In this document: positions 1 to 8,239 of the stretch, piece by piece | Position numbering within the stretch: the stretch's first letter is position 1 | Layout: every line of letters begins with the position of its first letter | From: Archangiaceae bacterium | GTDB taxonomy: Bacteria > Myxococcota > Myxococcia > Myxococcales > Myxococcaceae | NCBI GenBank assembly: GCA_043750125.1 | Contig: JAYVCD010000004.1 | Location: 1-27,949 of the forward strand | DNA length: 27,949 nt | Direction of reading: 5' to 3' | Notes under the pieces: model-generated | Databases searched by the model: none | Told to the model about the DNA's origin: nothing | Seen by the model: only the letters and a program-made list of their open reading frames with translations | Translations under genes and position numbers: made by a program

Positions 1-909
1 CTTCAACCGGTTGAGCTCTTTGTTGGCGACCTTCTCGACCTCGGGGGGCAGGCCGGCCTTCTTCAGCCGTTCGGCGAGCTCGTCGAGCTCCTCCTCTTCT
101 TCGCCCATCTCGCCCAGCTCTTCCTTGATCGCCTTCAGCTGCTGACGCAGGTAGTACTCGCGCTGGGTCTTCGACATCTCGCCTTTCACGGCCGAGTCGA
201 TCTTGTTCGACAGCTTGAGGATCTCGCGCTTGCGGTTGAGCAGCTCGAGGACCAGCTTCATCCGAGCCTTGAGATCGACGGTCTCGAGCACCGCCTGCTT
301 CTCTTCGATCGGGACGTCGACGTTGGCGGCGATCAGGTCGGCCAGGTGGCCTGGGTGGGTGATCGACTCGACCAGCTCGGTGGCTGCCGCGGGAAGCTCG
401 GGCATCAGCTCGATTACTTCCCGGGCGAGCTTCTTCAAGTTGATTCCGAGCGCCTCGACCTCGACGTTCTCGGACGCGGTCTTATCCTCGACGGCCTCGA
501 CGCGCGCCTTGAGGTACGGAGCTTCCTGCACCAGGTCGAGCACGCGGAAGCGCGCCAACCCCTGGACGACGAGGGAGTAGTTGTCCTCTCCCATCTTCAG
601 CAGCTTGACGATGCGGGCGACGGTCCCCATCGAGTAGAGGTCGGCCGCTCCGGGATCTTCCTCTTCGGCCTTCCGCTGCGTCACGACGCCGATCACTTGA
701 TCGTCGCGCACCGCGTCTTTGATCAGAGCGATGGTCTTCTGGCGACCGACGGCGAGCGGGAGCACGCCTCCGGGAAAGAAAACCGAGTTGCGCAAAGGCA
801 AGATCGGAAGGACCTGGGGAATGTCATCCTTGTTGATCAAACCGGGAGGACTCATGGGAGCGGCCATCGCCTGAGCAGCGGCTGCGCCCTTCTTCTTTTC
901 GTCGGACAT
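1..909 (-). CDS. lonD: ATP-dependent Lon protease (endopeptidase La), LonD/BsgA type; 5' part only, runs off the left edge
   Basis: Not in the ORF track; translated by hand from ATG at 909: MSDEKKKGAAAAQAMAAPMSPPGLINKDDIPQVLPILPLRNSVFFPGGVLPLAVGRQKTIALIKDAVRDDQVIGVVTQR...QREYYLRQQLKAIKEELG...AGLPPEVEKVANKELNRLK. This is the Lon N-domain plus coiled coil, and the extreme N-terminus matches M. xanthus LonD (BsgA) as I recall it. Confidence 0.95.
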   Translation of the reverse strand, partial: MSDEKKKGAAAAQAMAAPMSPPGLINKDDIPQVLPILPLRNSVFFPGGVLPLAVGRQKTIALIKDAVRDDQVIGVVTQRKAEEEDPGAADLYSMGTVARIVKLLKMGEDNYSLVVQGLARFRVLDLVQEAPYLKARVEAVEDKTASENVEVEALGINLKKLAREVIELMPELPAAATELVESITHPGHLADLIAANVDVPIEEKQAVLETVDLKARMKLVLELLNRKREILKLSNKIDSAVKGEMSKTQREYYLRQQLKAIKEELGEMGEEEEELDELAERLKKAGLPPEVEKVANKELNRLK

Positions 910-944
910 GGCTCATAGGGTAGCAATGAAAAGATCACCTGCAA

Positions 945-996
945 CCCATTGTTTTGCCCTGTTTTCGACCCGCCCGTACGGGTAGGGCACAATGGG
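945..996. promoter_or_regulatory. Imperfect inverted repeat in the lonD / vWA-gene divergent intergenic region
   Basis: CCCATTGTTTTGCCCT (945-960) pairs with AGGGCACAATGGG (984-996) with a T bulge, and encloses a perfect palindrome CCCGTACGGG (973-982). Function is inferred from position only. Confidence 0.4.
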
Positions 997-1028
997 GCGC
1001 GCCGGTTACAGCCTAAGGTTGGTCCCCA

Positions 1029-2249
1029 ATGACGAAGAACTCCCTCCACATCCTGGCCGTTGCGATGTTTGCGTTGGTCAGCAGCTGTTCCGGATGTTTC
1101 GGCTGCGTCCCTCCGGGTACGGGAGATGGAGGAAACCTCCCTTCGTCCTGTGTGTCTGCGGCCCTCGCGCCCGAAGCGCAGAAGCTCGACGTGCTGTTCG
1201 TCATCGATAACTCGAGCTCGATGAGAGAAGAGCAAGAGGCGGTTTCTCGAGAGCTGACGGCGTTCATCGACGAGCTGAAGAAAGGGGGCGGCGTCGCGCA
1301 GGACTTTCATGTCGGCGTGATCACGACTTCCGTCTACCAACACACCTTCAGCGGCGGCATCGACTTCAACAAAGAGTACCCGGCCCAGGCGGGCAAGCTG
1401 CAGCCGGTGCCCGATTCGGATGGCGATGGCGGCGTGCTGCTCGGCACCGGAACCGAACGGGTGCTCAATGGCGATGATCCCCTGCTGGTCGCGAAGTTCA
1501 GCCGGTTGGTCCAGCAGGGCATTCGGGGCTCAGGACAGGAGACCCCGTTCGAGGCGATTCGTCTCGCGCTGCTGGACCTCAACAAGATCCCGCTCGCGAT
1601 GGGCGGCAACGGAGGTTTTCTTCGCGATGGGGCCCGGCTGCTGGTGGTGGTCGTCAGCGACGAGGATGACTGCAGCGAAAAGACCCGCCCTTCAGTCGTG
1701 ACCGTCGGCGAGGACCCCCTGGTCGATTACTGCGGGCTCAAGGGCAACAGCCTCACTCCGGTTTTGGAATACCACCGGATTTTTACGCAAGAGCTCAAGG
1801 ACTCCAACGGCAACACTCGAGAGATCATCTGGTCGGCGATCGCACCCGTGGCGCGCAGCAACAAGGCGGCGCTGGCCGTGATTGAAGGAGGTCAGGTGCG
1901 AAACATCGACTGCCCCACCTCGAACGAGCCGGGTTCACGTCATCGGGCGATGGCCGAGGCCTTCGATTCCACGCTGGCCAACCTCGATTCGATTTGCCGC
2001 GACAGCTACCGCGAGACGCTGCTGACCATCGCGGGGCTGGCCAACATCACCCAGACGCTCGAGGTGCGAAACGTTCCTGACCCCCGGATGATGAAGATTG
2101 GGCTCGTTCGAAAGGACAAGACGGTTCAGACCTGCACGATCGCCAACGGTGGAATCTCGTACGCGGCGGGAAAGGTCTTCTTCTCGGCGACGTGCAAGCG
2201 GAGGGCGGACGACATCTCGATCGACATCAAGATGCTTTGCGTGAACTAG
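1029..2249 (+). CDS. vWA-domain exported protein, probable lipoprotein
   Basis: Signal peptide with lipobox-like LVSSC; MIDAS motif DVLFVIDNSSSM; conserved ETPFEA and LLVVVVSDEDDCS segments; scattered Cys residues. Confidence 0.85.
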   Translation: MTKNSLHILAVAMFALVSSCSGCFGCVPPGTGDGGNLPSSCVSAALAPEAQKLDVLFVIDNSSSMREEQEAVSRELTAFIDELKKGGGVAQDFHVGVITTSVYQHTFSGGIDFNKEYPAQAGKLQPVPDSDGDGGVLLGTGTERVLNGDDPLLVAKFSRLVQQGIRGSGQETPFEAIRLALLDLNKIPLAMGGNGGFLRDGARLLVVVVSDEDDCSEKTRPSVVTVGEDPLVDYCGLKGNSLTPVLEYHRIFTQELKDSNGNTREIIWSAIAPVARSNKAALAVIEGGQVRNIDCPTSNEPGSRHRAMAEAFDSTLANLDSICRDSYRETLLTIAGLANITQTLEVRNVPDPRMMKIGLVRKDKTVQTCTIANGGISYAAGKVFFSATCKRRADDISIDIKMLCVN

Positions 2250-2501
2250 CGGCGTAGCGCCAGGGTTGAAGCGTGCTGCTCGAGGCCTGGCCGGTAGGCT
2301 GGGCCTGGCAGCTGGGGTTGGTCGAGCGGACGTCGGTGATGAAGAAGAAGGTCGCGTTCACAGATCCAAGAGAGGGCGTCATGCGCGCCATCCTGATCTT
2401 CTGGATCCACCCCGCAACTTTTCAGCGGGGCTTGATCGGGAAAACAGCACCCGACGCTGCGTAGAAATCGACCTTTCTGATCCACCGGGGGGCGGCTCTT
2501 T

Positions 2502-3407
2502 TCAAGGAAAGCAGACCTGCAGAAAGCAAACCTGGATCGCTGAGCACGCCTTGCACGCCTCGCCCTGAATCCCGCAGTTGGCGTGCGCGGTGCCCGCCAT
2601 ACAGGTGATCCCCTTGCAGCAGCCCAGGCAGTTGGTCGAGTCGCAGAAGGTCGGGACGGCGCCACCACCGGCGCCACCGCCGGTTCCGGCCTGACACGCC
2701 CCGGCCACGCAACTCGTCGAGGAAGTGCAGCTCTGACACGCGCCGCCGGTGAGGCCGCACTTCAGCGCAGTGGGAGGCGTCACACAGGTGCTGCCGTCAC
2801 AGCAGCCGGAAGCACAGGTGGTCGAATTGCAGGCCGCGATGCAGGCCCCGTTGGAGCAGGCCAACCCCATCGCGCAGGACGTACAGCTGGCCCCGGCCGA
2901 ACCGCAGGCGGTGTCGGCATTGCCCGCAAGGCAGGCGCCCGCGCTCGTTTTGCACCCTGTGGTGCAGGGGACCGCGCCGCAGGCGGCCATCTGACAGGCT
3001 TCGCTGGCCGCGCACGCAACGCAGGCAGCGCCCATTTTTCCACAGGTCTGGTTGGTGTTTCCTCCGCGACAGACTTCGTCGGAAGTGCAGCACCCCTGGC
3101 AGGTGGCACTGCAGCTGGTCCCTCCGCCCGTCCCACTGCCTGAGCCGCCGCCCGTGCCGGCGCACTCACCGCCGGTCGAATTGGCGATCTTCGAGCAGCT
3201 CTGATCTTGCGTGCATTCGACGCAGCCGTTGGCGCGGGTGCCACAGTTGAGAGCCTGGTCTCCTGGCTGGCAATCGCCGCTCTTGTCGCAGCACCCCCCG
3301 CAGTTCGACGGTTTGCAGGCGGGTTTTCCATTCGGGGTGCCGCACGATGGACCCACAGCGACGATGAAGCCGAGCAGGGCGCCAAGAACGAAGTGTCGAA
3401 GCGACAT
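2502..3407 (-). CDS. Cys-rich repeat lipoprotein (5 repeats, Gly linkers)
   Basis: Start refined to ATG 3407 (MSLRHFVLGALLGFIVAVGPSC, lipobox-like). Five copies of a C..CxGCC....C..G.....CG..G..C..C.....C....C unit. Confidence 0.85.
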   Translation of the reverse strand: MSLRHFVLGALLGFIVAVGPSCGTPNGKPACKPSNCGGCCDKSGDCQPGDQALNCGTRANGCVECTQDQSCSKIANSTGGECAGTGGGSGSGTGGGTSCSATCQGCCTSDEVCRGGNTNQTCGKMGAACVACAASEACQMAACGAVPCTTGCKTSAGACLAGNADTACGSAGASCTSCAMGLACSNGACIAACNSTTCASGCCDGSTCVTPPTALKCGLTGGACQSCTSSTSCVAGACQAGTGGGAGGGAVPTFCDSTNCLGCCKGITCMAGTAHANCGIQGEACKACSAIQVCFLQVCFP

Positions 3408-3474
3408 GCAGCAACCCAGTAGCACGGGCCACGCGACCGCTCCAAACCACCAGAGGGCCCGTTATGGTTCGAAG

Positions 3475-4149
3475 GTGACCATTGCGTTCTTCGATCTCGA
3501 TCTCACCCTTCTGGCTGCGAACAGCGGAAAGCTGTGGATCAGGCGAGAGCTGGCGTTGGGACAGCTGTCGAAGCGAACCGCACTGCAGGCGGCTTTATGG
3601 TTTGCGCAATATCAGCTGGGGCTGGGGGGATTGAAGCTGGTGTCGAGGGCGATCGGCGCCACTGCCGGAATGATCGAAGCGGACGTCGCAGCGCGCACTG
3701 AGAGCTTCTACCAGCGCCAGGTGCGCAAGCTCTTCCGCCCGGGTGCGCTGGCGGCGTTGCGCACGCACCGTGCCCGGGGAGATCGGGTCGTGCTGTTGAC
3801 CGCCTCGTCGCACTTCCTGGCCGACAAAGTCGCCGCCGAGCTCAAGCTCGATGCGATCCTCTGCAACCGGATGGAAGTCGACCTGGCGGGGCTGTTGACG
3901 GGGCGGACGATGGGCCCGATCTGTTACGGCGAAGGGAAGCTGGTTCATGCGCGCGCCGAAGCAGATGCGAACGAGGTGCGACTGGCCGATTGCGCGTTCT
4001 ACACCGACTCGTTTTCTGACGTGTCGGTGCTCGAGGCGGTAGGGCAGCCGGTGGCGGTGAACCCCGACCCGAGGCTGCGCCGGCACGCGAACCGACGCGG
4101 CTGGAAAATTGTCGACTGGGGCACGCCGAGCCCTCCCTTCAACAAGTAG
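3475..4149 (+). CDS. HAD-IB family hydrolase (SerB-like)
   Basis: GTG start at 3475; motif I FFDLDLT, motif II LLTAS, conserved Lys in GEGK, motif IV YTDSFSD, followed by AVNPD. Confidence 0.9.
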   Translation: MTIAFFDLDLTLLAANSGKLWIRRELALGQLSKRTALQAALWFAQYQLGLGGLKLVSRAIGATAGMIEADVAARTESFYQRQVRKLFRPGALAALRTHRARGDRVVLLTASSHFLADKVAAELKLDAILCNRMEVDLAGLLTGRTMGPICYGEGKLVHARAEADANEVRLADCAFYTDSFSDVSVLEAVGQPVAVNPDPRLRRHANRRGWKIVDWGTPSPPFNK

Positions 4150-4162
4150 TCTGCCCGCCCCG

Positions 4163-5845
4163 ATGCTCACCCTGTTCTTGATCGCGTCACTGGCCGCCAA
4201 GCCTCCCCCGGACGTCCGTCAGGACCTGCTCGACGCGATGGTGGTCGAGTTGGAACGCAACCGGGTCGAGCTCAAGCTCAACGAGAGCAAGCCGCCTTAT
4301 TTCATCAGCTACCAGATGAAGGACTTCGACCAGTCTGAAATCAATGCTCGGTACGGAGCCCTGTTCGTCGACCAGCAATGGCACGACCGGAAGCTGTTCG
4401 TAGACGCGCGCGTGGGCAGCTACACCTACGACAGCGCAATCAGCGACGACATGGACTTCAGCTTCTCGATGAAAGGCAACAGCTACATCACCCGGAAGAA
4501 CGCGCCCTTTGACGATCACCCGATGGCCCTTCGCACCGCGCTCTGGCTCATCACCGATGAAAAATATAAAGGCGCGCTCTTCAACTACCTCAAGCGCAAA
4601 GGCGAGGAAGTTTACACGATCGAGGATCCCAGGCGCCCTCCCAGCTTCTCGAAAGAGACCGCGGTCGTGCACCTCGGAGAGAAGGTGCCCTTCGAGATCT
4701 CGCGCGAACGTTGGCGAAAGCTGACCCGAAAAATTTCGGGCCTGGTCTCGGCAAACAAAGAAGTCTTCGATTCTGAAGTGCGCTTCACGGCGGACAAGAT
4801 CGTGCGGTACTTCGTGAGCACCGAGGGCACCCGGATCATCACTGAAGAGGCGATGTTCGGCTTCCACGTCAACGGCTTCACCCGGGCCGACGACGGGCAG
4901 TTGCTCGAGAACTCACGCGACTACTACGCGCCTACCGAAGCGCAGCTGCCCGACGATGCGAAGATTCGCGCCGCTGCCGCGACGATGGTGGCTGAGCTGA
5001 TCGCGCTCCGGGCCGCGCCGGCGATTGATCCGTACACCGGGCCGGCGATTCTCGAGCCCGATGCGGCCGGCGTCCTGTTTCATGAAGCCGTCGGCCATCG
5101 GCTCGAGGGTGAGCGCCAGGACGGCGACGCCGAGGGGAAGACGTTTCGGGGGCAGGTCGGCAAACAGGTGCTGCCGACATTCTTGAGCATCTACGACGAC
5201 CCGACACTGCGTGAACGAAAGGGGGTCCAGCTCAACGGGTTCTATCTGTTCGACGAAGAAGGCGTGCGCGGACAGCGGGTGCCGCTGGTCGAGGCCGGGG
5301 TGCTGAAGAATTACCTGCTTTCCCGGCGCCCGGTCGATGGGTTTGCCCAGAGCAACGGTCACGGCCGCAGCCAGGGCAACCGAAAGCCGGTGGCGCGAAT
5401 GGCGAACCTGATTGTCGAATCGAAGAAGACGGTCAGCGATCTCGAGCTGAAGAAGATGTTGATCGCCGAGGCCCGAAGGCAGGGCAAACCGTACGGGCTG
5501 GTGATTCGAGACATCACGGGGGGAAACACCAACACCTCGACGTTTGGCTACCAGGCGTTCAAGGGAATTCCCCGCATGGTGTACCGGGTCGACGTGCGCG
5601 ACGGCAAAGAGTCGCTGGTGCGCGGGGTCGAGATTGTGGGGACTCTGCTGTCGTCGATCAACCGGGTGATGGCGACCGGCCCCACTCCAGGAGTCTTCAA
5701 CGGCTACTGCGGGGCCGAGAGTGGAATGGTGCCGGTCTCGACCGTCGCGCCTGCCACGCTGCTGCAGGAAATCGAGCTGCAGCGCGCGGTGGAAGGCAAA
5801 GATCGGCCGCCCCTGTTGCCGAGCCCGTCGTCAAAGCAACCGTAG
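4163..5845 (+). CDS. TldD/PmbA family metalloprotease (TldD type) with a short signal-peptide-like N-terminus
   Basis: HEAVGHRLEG (HExxGH), DDPT, FDEEGV, NGHGR, RMANL and C-terminal GYCG; ATG at 4163 gives MLTLFLIASLAA. Confidence 0.9.
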   Translation: MLTLFLIASLAAKPPPDVRQDLLDAMVVELERNRVELKLNESKPPYFISYQMKDFDQSEINARYGALFVDQQWHDRKLFVDARVGSYTYDSAISDDMDFSFSMKGNSYITRKNAPFDDHPMALRTALWLITDEKYKGALFNYLKRKGEEVYTIEDPRRPPSFSKETAVVHLGEKVPFEISRERWRKLTRKISGLVSANKEVFDSEVRFTADKIVRYFVSTEGTRIITEEAMFGFHVNGFTRADDGQLLENSRDYYAPTEAQLPDDAKIRAAAATMVAELIALRAAPAIDPYTGPAILEPDAAGVLFHEAVGHRLEGERQDGDAEGKTFRGQVGKQVLPTFLSIYDDPTLRERKGVQLNGFYLFDEEGVRGQRVPLVEAGVLKNYLLSRRPVDGFAQSNGHGRSQGNRKPVARMANLIVESKKTVSDLELKKMLIAEARRQGKPYGLVIRDITGGNTNTSTFGYQAFKGIPRMVYRVDVRDGKESLVRGVEIVGTLLSSINRVMATGPTPGVFNGYCGAESGMVPVSTVAPATLLQEIELQRAVEGKDRPPLLPSPSSKQP

Positions 5846-5850
5846 AGACT

Positions 5851-6663
5851 TCAACGCACCCGCCTGCCGTCTCCGCGAAAGCCCCGCCAGACGATGTAAT
5901 GGCGAAACTCGGCCGCAAAGGCCTGGGCGGTGATCCCGGTCACGAACGAGAAGGCCTGAGGAAACGTTCGACCTTCGTGCATCGAGTCGAGCAGCCGGAC
6001 GACCGCGGCCTGCGAGCTTCGGCGAATCAGAAACGCAAACGCGTGGTAGGCCGCCGAATAGACGATCGCGTTGTTGTCTTTGTAGAGCGGGTCGGGCTTT
6101 TCGATCGGATCGGAGTCGGGGTTGTTCTCGTAGAAGCGGGCCAGATCTTCGAGGCTGGGAAACCGGTCGCCCTGGCTCGCCGTCCACGTCGCCATGCCCT
6201 CGCGAAACCAGAGGGGAATCTGCTTGTCGACCCAGGTCTGGCGGGTGGCGGCGCGTTGGTACATCAGGCAATGGGTCAGCTCGTGAAGGACGAGCTCGTT
6301 CACGTCGGCGTCGCTGACGGGGTCGCCCCAGCTGGCGGGCGATTGGAAATAAACTTCGTCGTAGCGCGCCCAGGCGTGCAGCCAGTCATAGCCGTAGCGG
6401 CCGACCGCGCTCGCGAGACGAAGGTGGGAAGGCAAGAGGTAGAAGTTGACGCGTTGGTCGAGCGTGCCCCAGCGAACCAGGTTCTTGCTCGCCGCAGAGA
6501 TCGCGCGCTCGAGGCGGTGCAGCTCGACTTCTTCGTTTGGGTCCGAGCTCACCTCGAAGGGCCCTGCTTCGGTGGTCAAGGAAGTGCGTTGGCGCAGGCC
6601 CGCCAGGGGCAGCAGGCAGCCCGAGCACAACAACAGCATCCAGACCGCGGCGGCGCGGATCAT
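5851..6663 (-). CDS. Peptidase MA-like (gluzincin) metallopeptidase, probable lipoprotein
   Basis: HELTH followed by PLWFREGMA (third-ligand Glu); N-terminal LLLCSGC lipobox-like signal. Confidence 0.8.
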   Translation of the reverse strand: MIRAAAVWMLLLCSGCLLPLAGLRQRTSLTTEAGPFEVSSDPNEEVELHRLERAISAASKNLVRWGTLDQRVNFYLLPSHLRLASAVGRYGYDWLHAWARYDEVYFQSPASWGDPVSDADVNELVLHELTHCLMYQRAATRQTWVDKQIPLWFREGMATWTASQGDRFPSLEDLARFYENNPDSDPIEKPDPLYKDNNAIVYSAAYHAFAFLIRRSSQAAVVRLLDSMHEGRTFPQAFSFVTGITAQAFAAEFRHYIVWRGFRGDGRRVR

Positions 6664-6668
6664 GAATT

Positions 6669-7589
6669 TCAGTCCACTCCGACGAGGCGCAGCACCTCAC
6701 GCCCTACGTCCGCGACCGTGTGGATTCGGCTTGCGTCGTGGGGTCCAAAAGCGAGCACGGGCACCGGACGCAGGGTGTGACTGCGGGTCGAGAGATCTTC
6801 GACGTTGCCGTGGTCGCTGCAGATGAACAGCTGCGCGTCGGACGGCCGGGAGGCCACTACCGCCCGGGCGAAGCGGTCGAAGGTCGACAACGCGGTCACC
6901 GCCGCTGCCATGTCGCGCGCGTGGCCGGCTTCGTCGGCGAGGTAGTGCTCGAAGAGGGTGAAGTCCAACGAGAGGCGCCAGAAGATCGCGGCCGCTTCTT
7001 CAGGAGTGCGGAGGGGGACGTCCATGCCCCGGGCCCGCGCCATCGAGCCATCGATGTCGTGGGTCAACCCCGCGTCGGCCCGGGCATCATCGAAGGTCCG
7101 CATCGGGACCTTTCCGGCCGCCATCGCCAGCGTGCTGGCCGACGCACGGACCCGTCGCTTGAGCTCGGAGGGCACCTCGAGGTCGGGGCCTTTCGAGGGG
7201 CGGCGCGGCACGCCCATGTGCTCGAGCAACGCGGCGGGGTAGGCGTTGGCGAAGGTCGCGTGTTTTCCCGCGGCCTCGATGCGCTTCACGATTGAGTGTT
7301 CCTCGATCAGCGCGATCAGCCGCGAGTCGGGATACCCGAGAATGTGTTCCCCGGTGAGCCTGGGAATCGGAAGCCCGGTGTAGATCGCCGTCTGGTTCGA
7401 TGCGCTCTGCGGTCGGCCTTCGATTCCGAACGTGGTGTCGGCCGCGGCCCAGGCCCCCCCGTTGGGCAGGGCAGTGCCGGTGCCATCGTCGAAGCGAGAG
7501 ACCAGAAATTCCCCCCGGGTCAGTGGGTTGTCGGGGGAATTCTTCGAACCAATTCCAACGCCGTCGATGAAAAGGAGGGCGACGCGCAC
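6669..7589 (-). CDS. Alkaline-phosphatase-superfamily metalloenzyme (iPGM/phosphopentomutase-like)
   Basis: FIDGVG, PQSAS (putative nucleophilic Ser), DEAGH, SDHGN and SHT metal-ligand motifs. Confidence 0.85.
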   Translation of the reverse strand: MRVALLFIDGVGIGSKNSPDNPLTRGEFLVSRFDDGTGTALPNGGAWAAADTTFGIEGRPQSASNQTAIYTGLPIPRLTGEHILGYPDSRLIALIEEHSIVKRIEAAGKHATFANAYPAALLEHMGVPRRPSKGPDLEVPSELKRRVRASASTLAMAAGKVPMRTFDDARADAGLTHDIDGSMARARGMDVPLRTPEEAAAIFWRLSLDFTLFEHYLADEAGHARDMAAAVTALSTFDRFARAVVASRPSDAQLFICSDHGNVEDLSTRSHTLRPVPVLAFGPHDASRIHTVADVGREVLRLVGVD

Positions 7590-7631
7590 GTTCTCTAGAG
7601 CAGGGGGCGCGCGCCGCGGTGCAGCACCCGC

Positions 7632-8159
7632 TTACTCTTCGACGGCGGGTGCGACGGGCTCTTCGGCCGGCTTCGCCTGAGGGCGCGCCGCGCTGGGGTG
7701 AAGGTTGTTGAAAGCGGGCTTGGCCGCGATCGTTCCCGCCCCGCGGCCGTGAACGAGGGTCTTCTCGTCGGCTTTGAAGTGAATGGTCACCTTGTCGGCC
7801 CGAACATCGCTGACGATCCCCAGACCAAAGGTCGGGTGGTTGATCAGCTCATCGAGAGAGTAGGTGTCGCGAGCGCTGTACGTCCGCGCCTTCGCTGCAT
7901 CCTTTCCTTCGATGCGCTCCTGGAATCCGATGACGACTCGGTCGGCGGCAGACATGCGCGTCGACTTTCGGGGCTTGGTGAACGAGTTTGCCTGCATCGC
8001 GGTCTGGATTCCGCGAAAGACGTGCTCGTTCGTACAGGTGTTGCACTTCACCCGAGCGATCTTCGAACCCACCAGCGCGAGGATGGTGTGAGCGAGGTTG
8101 AGATTGCACTTACTGCAGAAAGCGTCGACTTCTCCACCCGTCTTGTGCGTCGTAGCCAT
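7632..8159 (-). CDS. Hypothetical protein: N-terminal Zn ribbon plus C-terminal Tudor-like (UvrD/PcrA-CTD-like) domain
   Basis: CSKC...CNTC pairs; ELINHPTFGLGIVSDVRADKVTIHF; Pro/Ala/Glu-rich tail; ORF fills the gap between neighbouring genes. Confidence 0.8.
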   Translation of the reverse strand: MATTHKTGGEVDAFCSKCNLNLAHTILALVGSKIARVKCNTCTNEHVFRGIQTAMQANSFTKPRKSTRMSAADRVVIGFQERIEGKDAAKARTYSARDTYSLDELINHPTFGLGIVSDVRADKVTIHFKADEKTLVHGRGAGTIAAKPAFNNLHPSAARPQAKPAEEPVAPAVEE

Positions 8160-8239
8160 GGTTTGAAATTTGCTCTACCACCTTTCCGATTCTTTCGTCG
8201 CCTTGTATCTGCCTCACCTGCGGCCCCAGTGACACACCC

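Noticed and set aside
910..1028. Sigma-54 promoter for lonD (minus strand CGGCGCGCCCCATTGT)
   Set aside because: The GG-N10-GC spacing is not met and the -12 GC is absent.
2410..2430. CCCCGC/GCGGGG hairpin as a terminator
   Set aside because: Only a 6-bp stem with no U tract; compatible with chance at this GC content.
4163..6663. RiPP biosynthetic cluster (TldD, peptidase and small Cys-rich ORFs)
   Set aside because: No YcaO, radical SAM, lanthipeptide synthetase, transporter or adjacent precursor; the small Cys protein is about 15 kb away.
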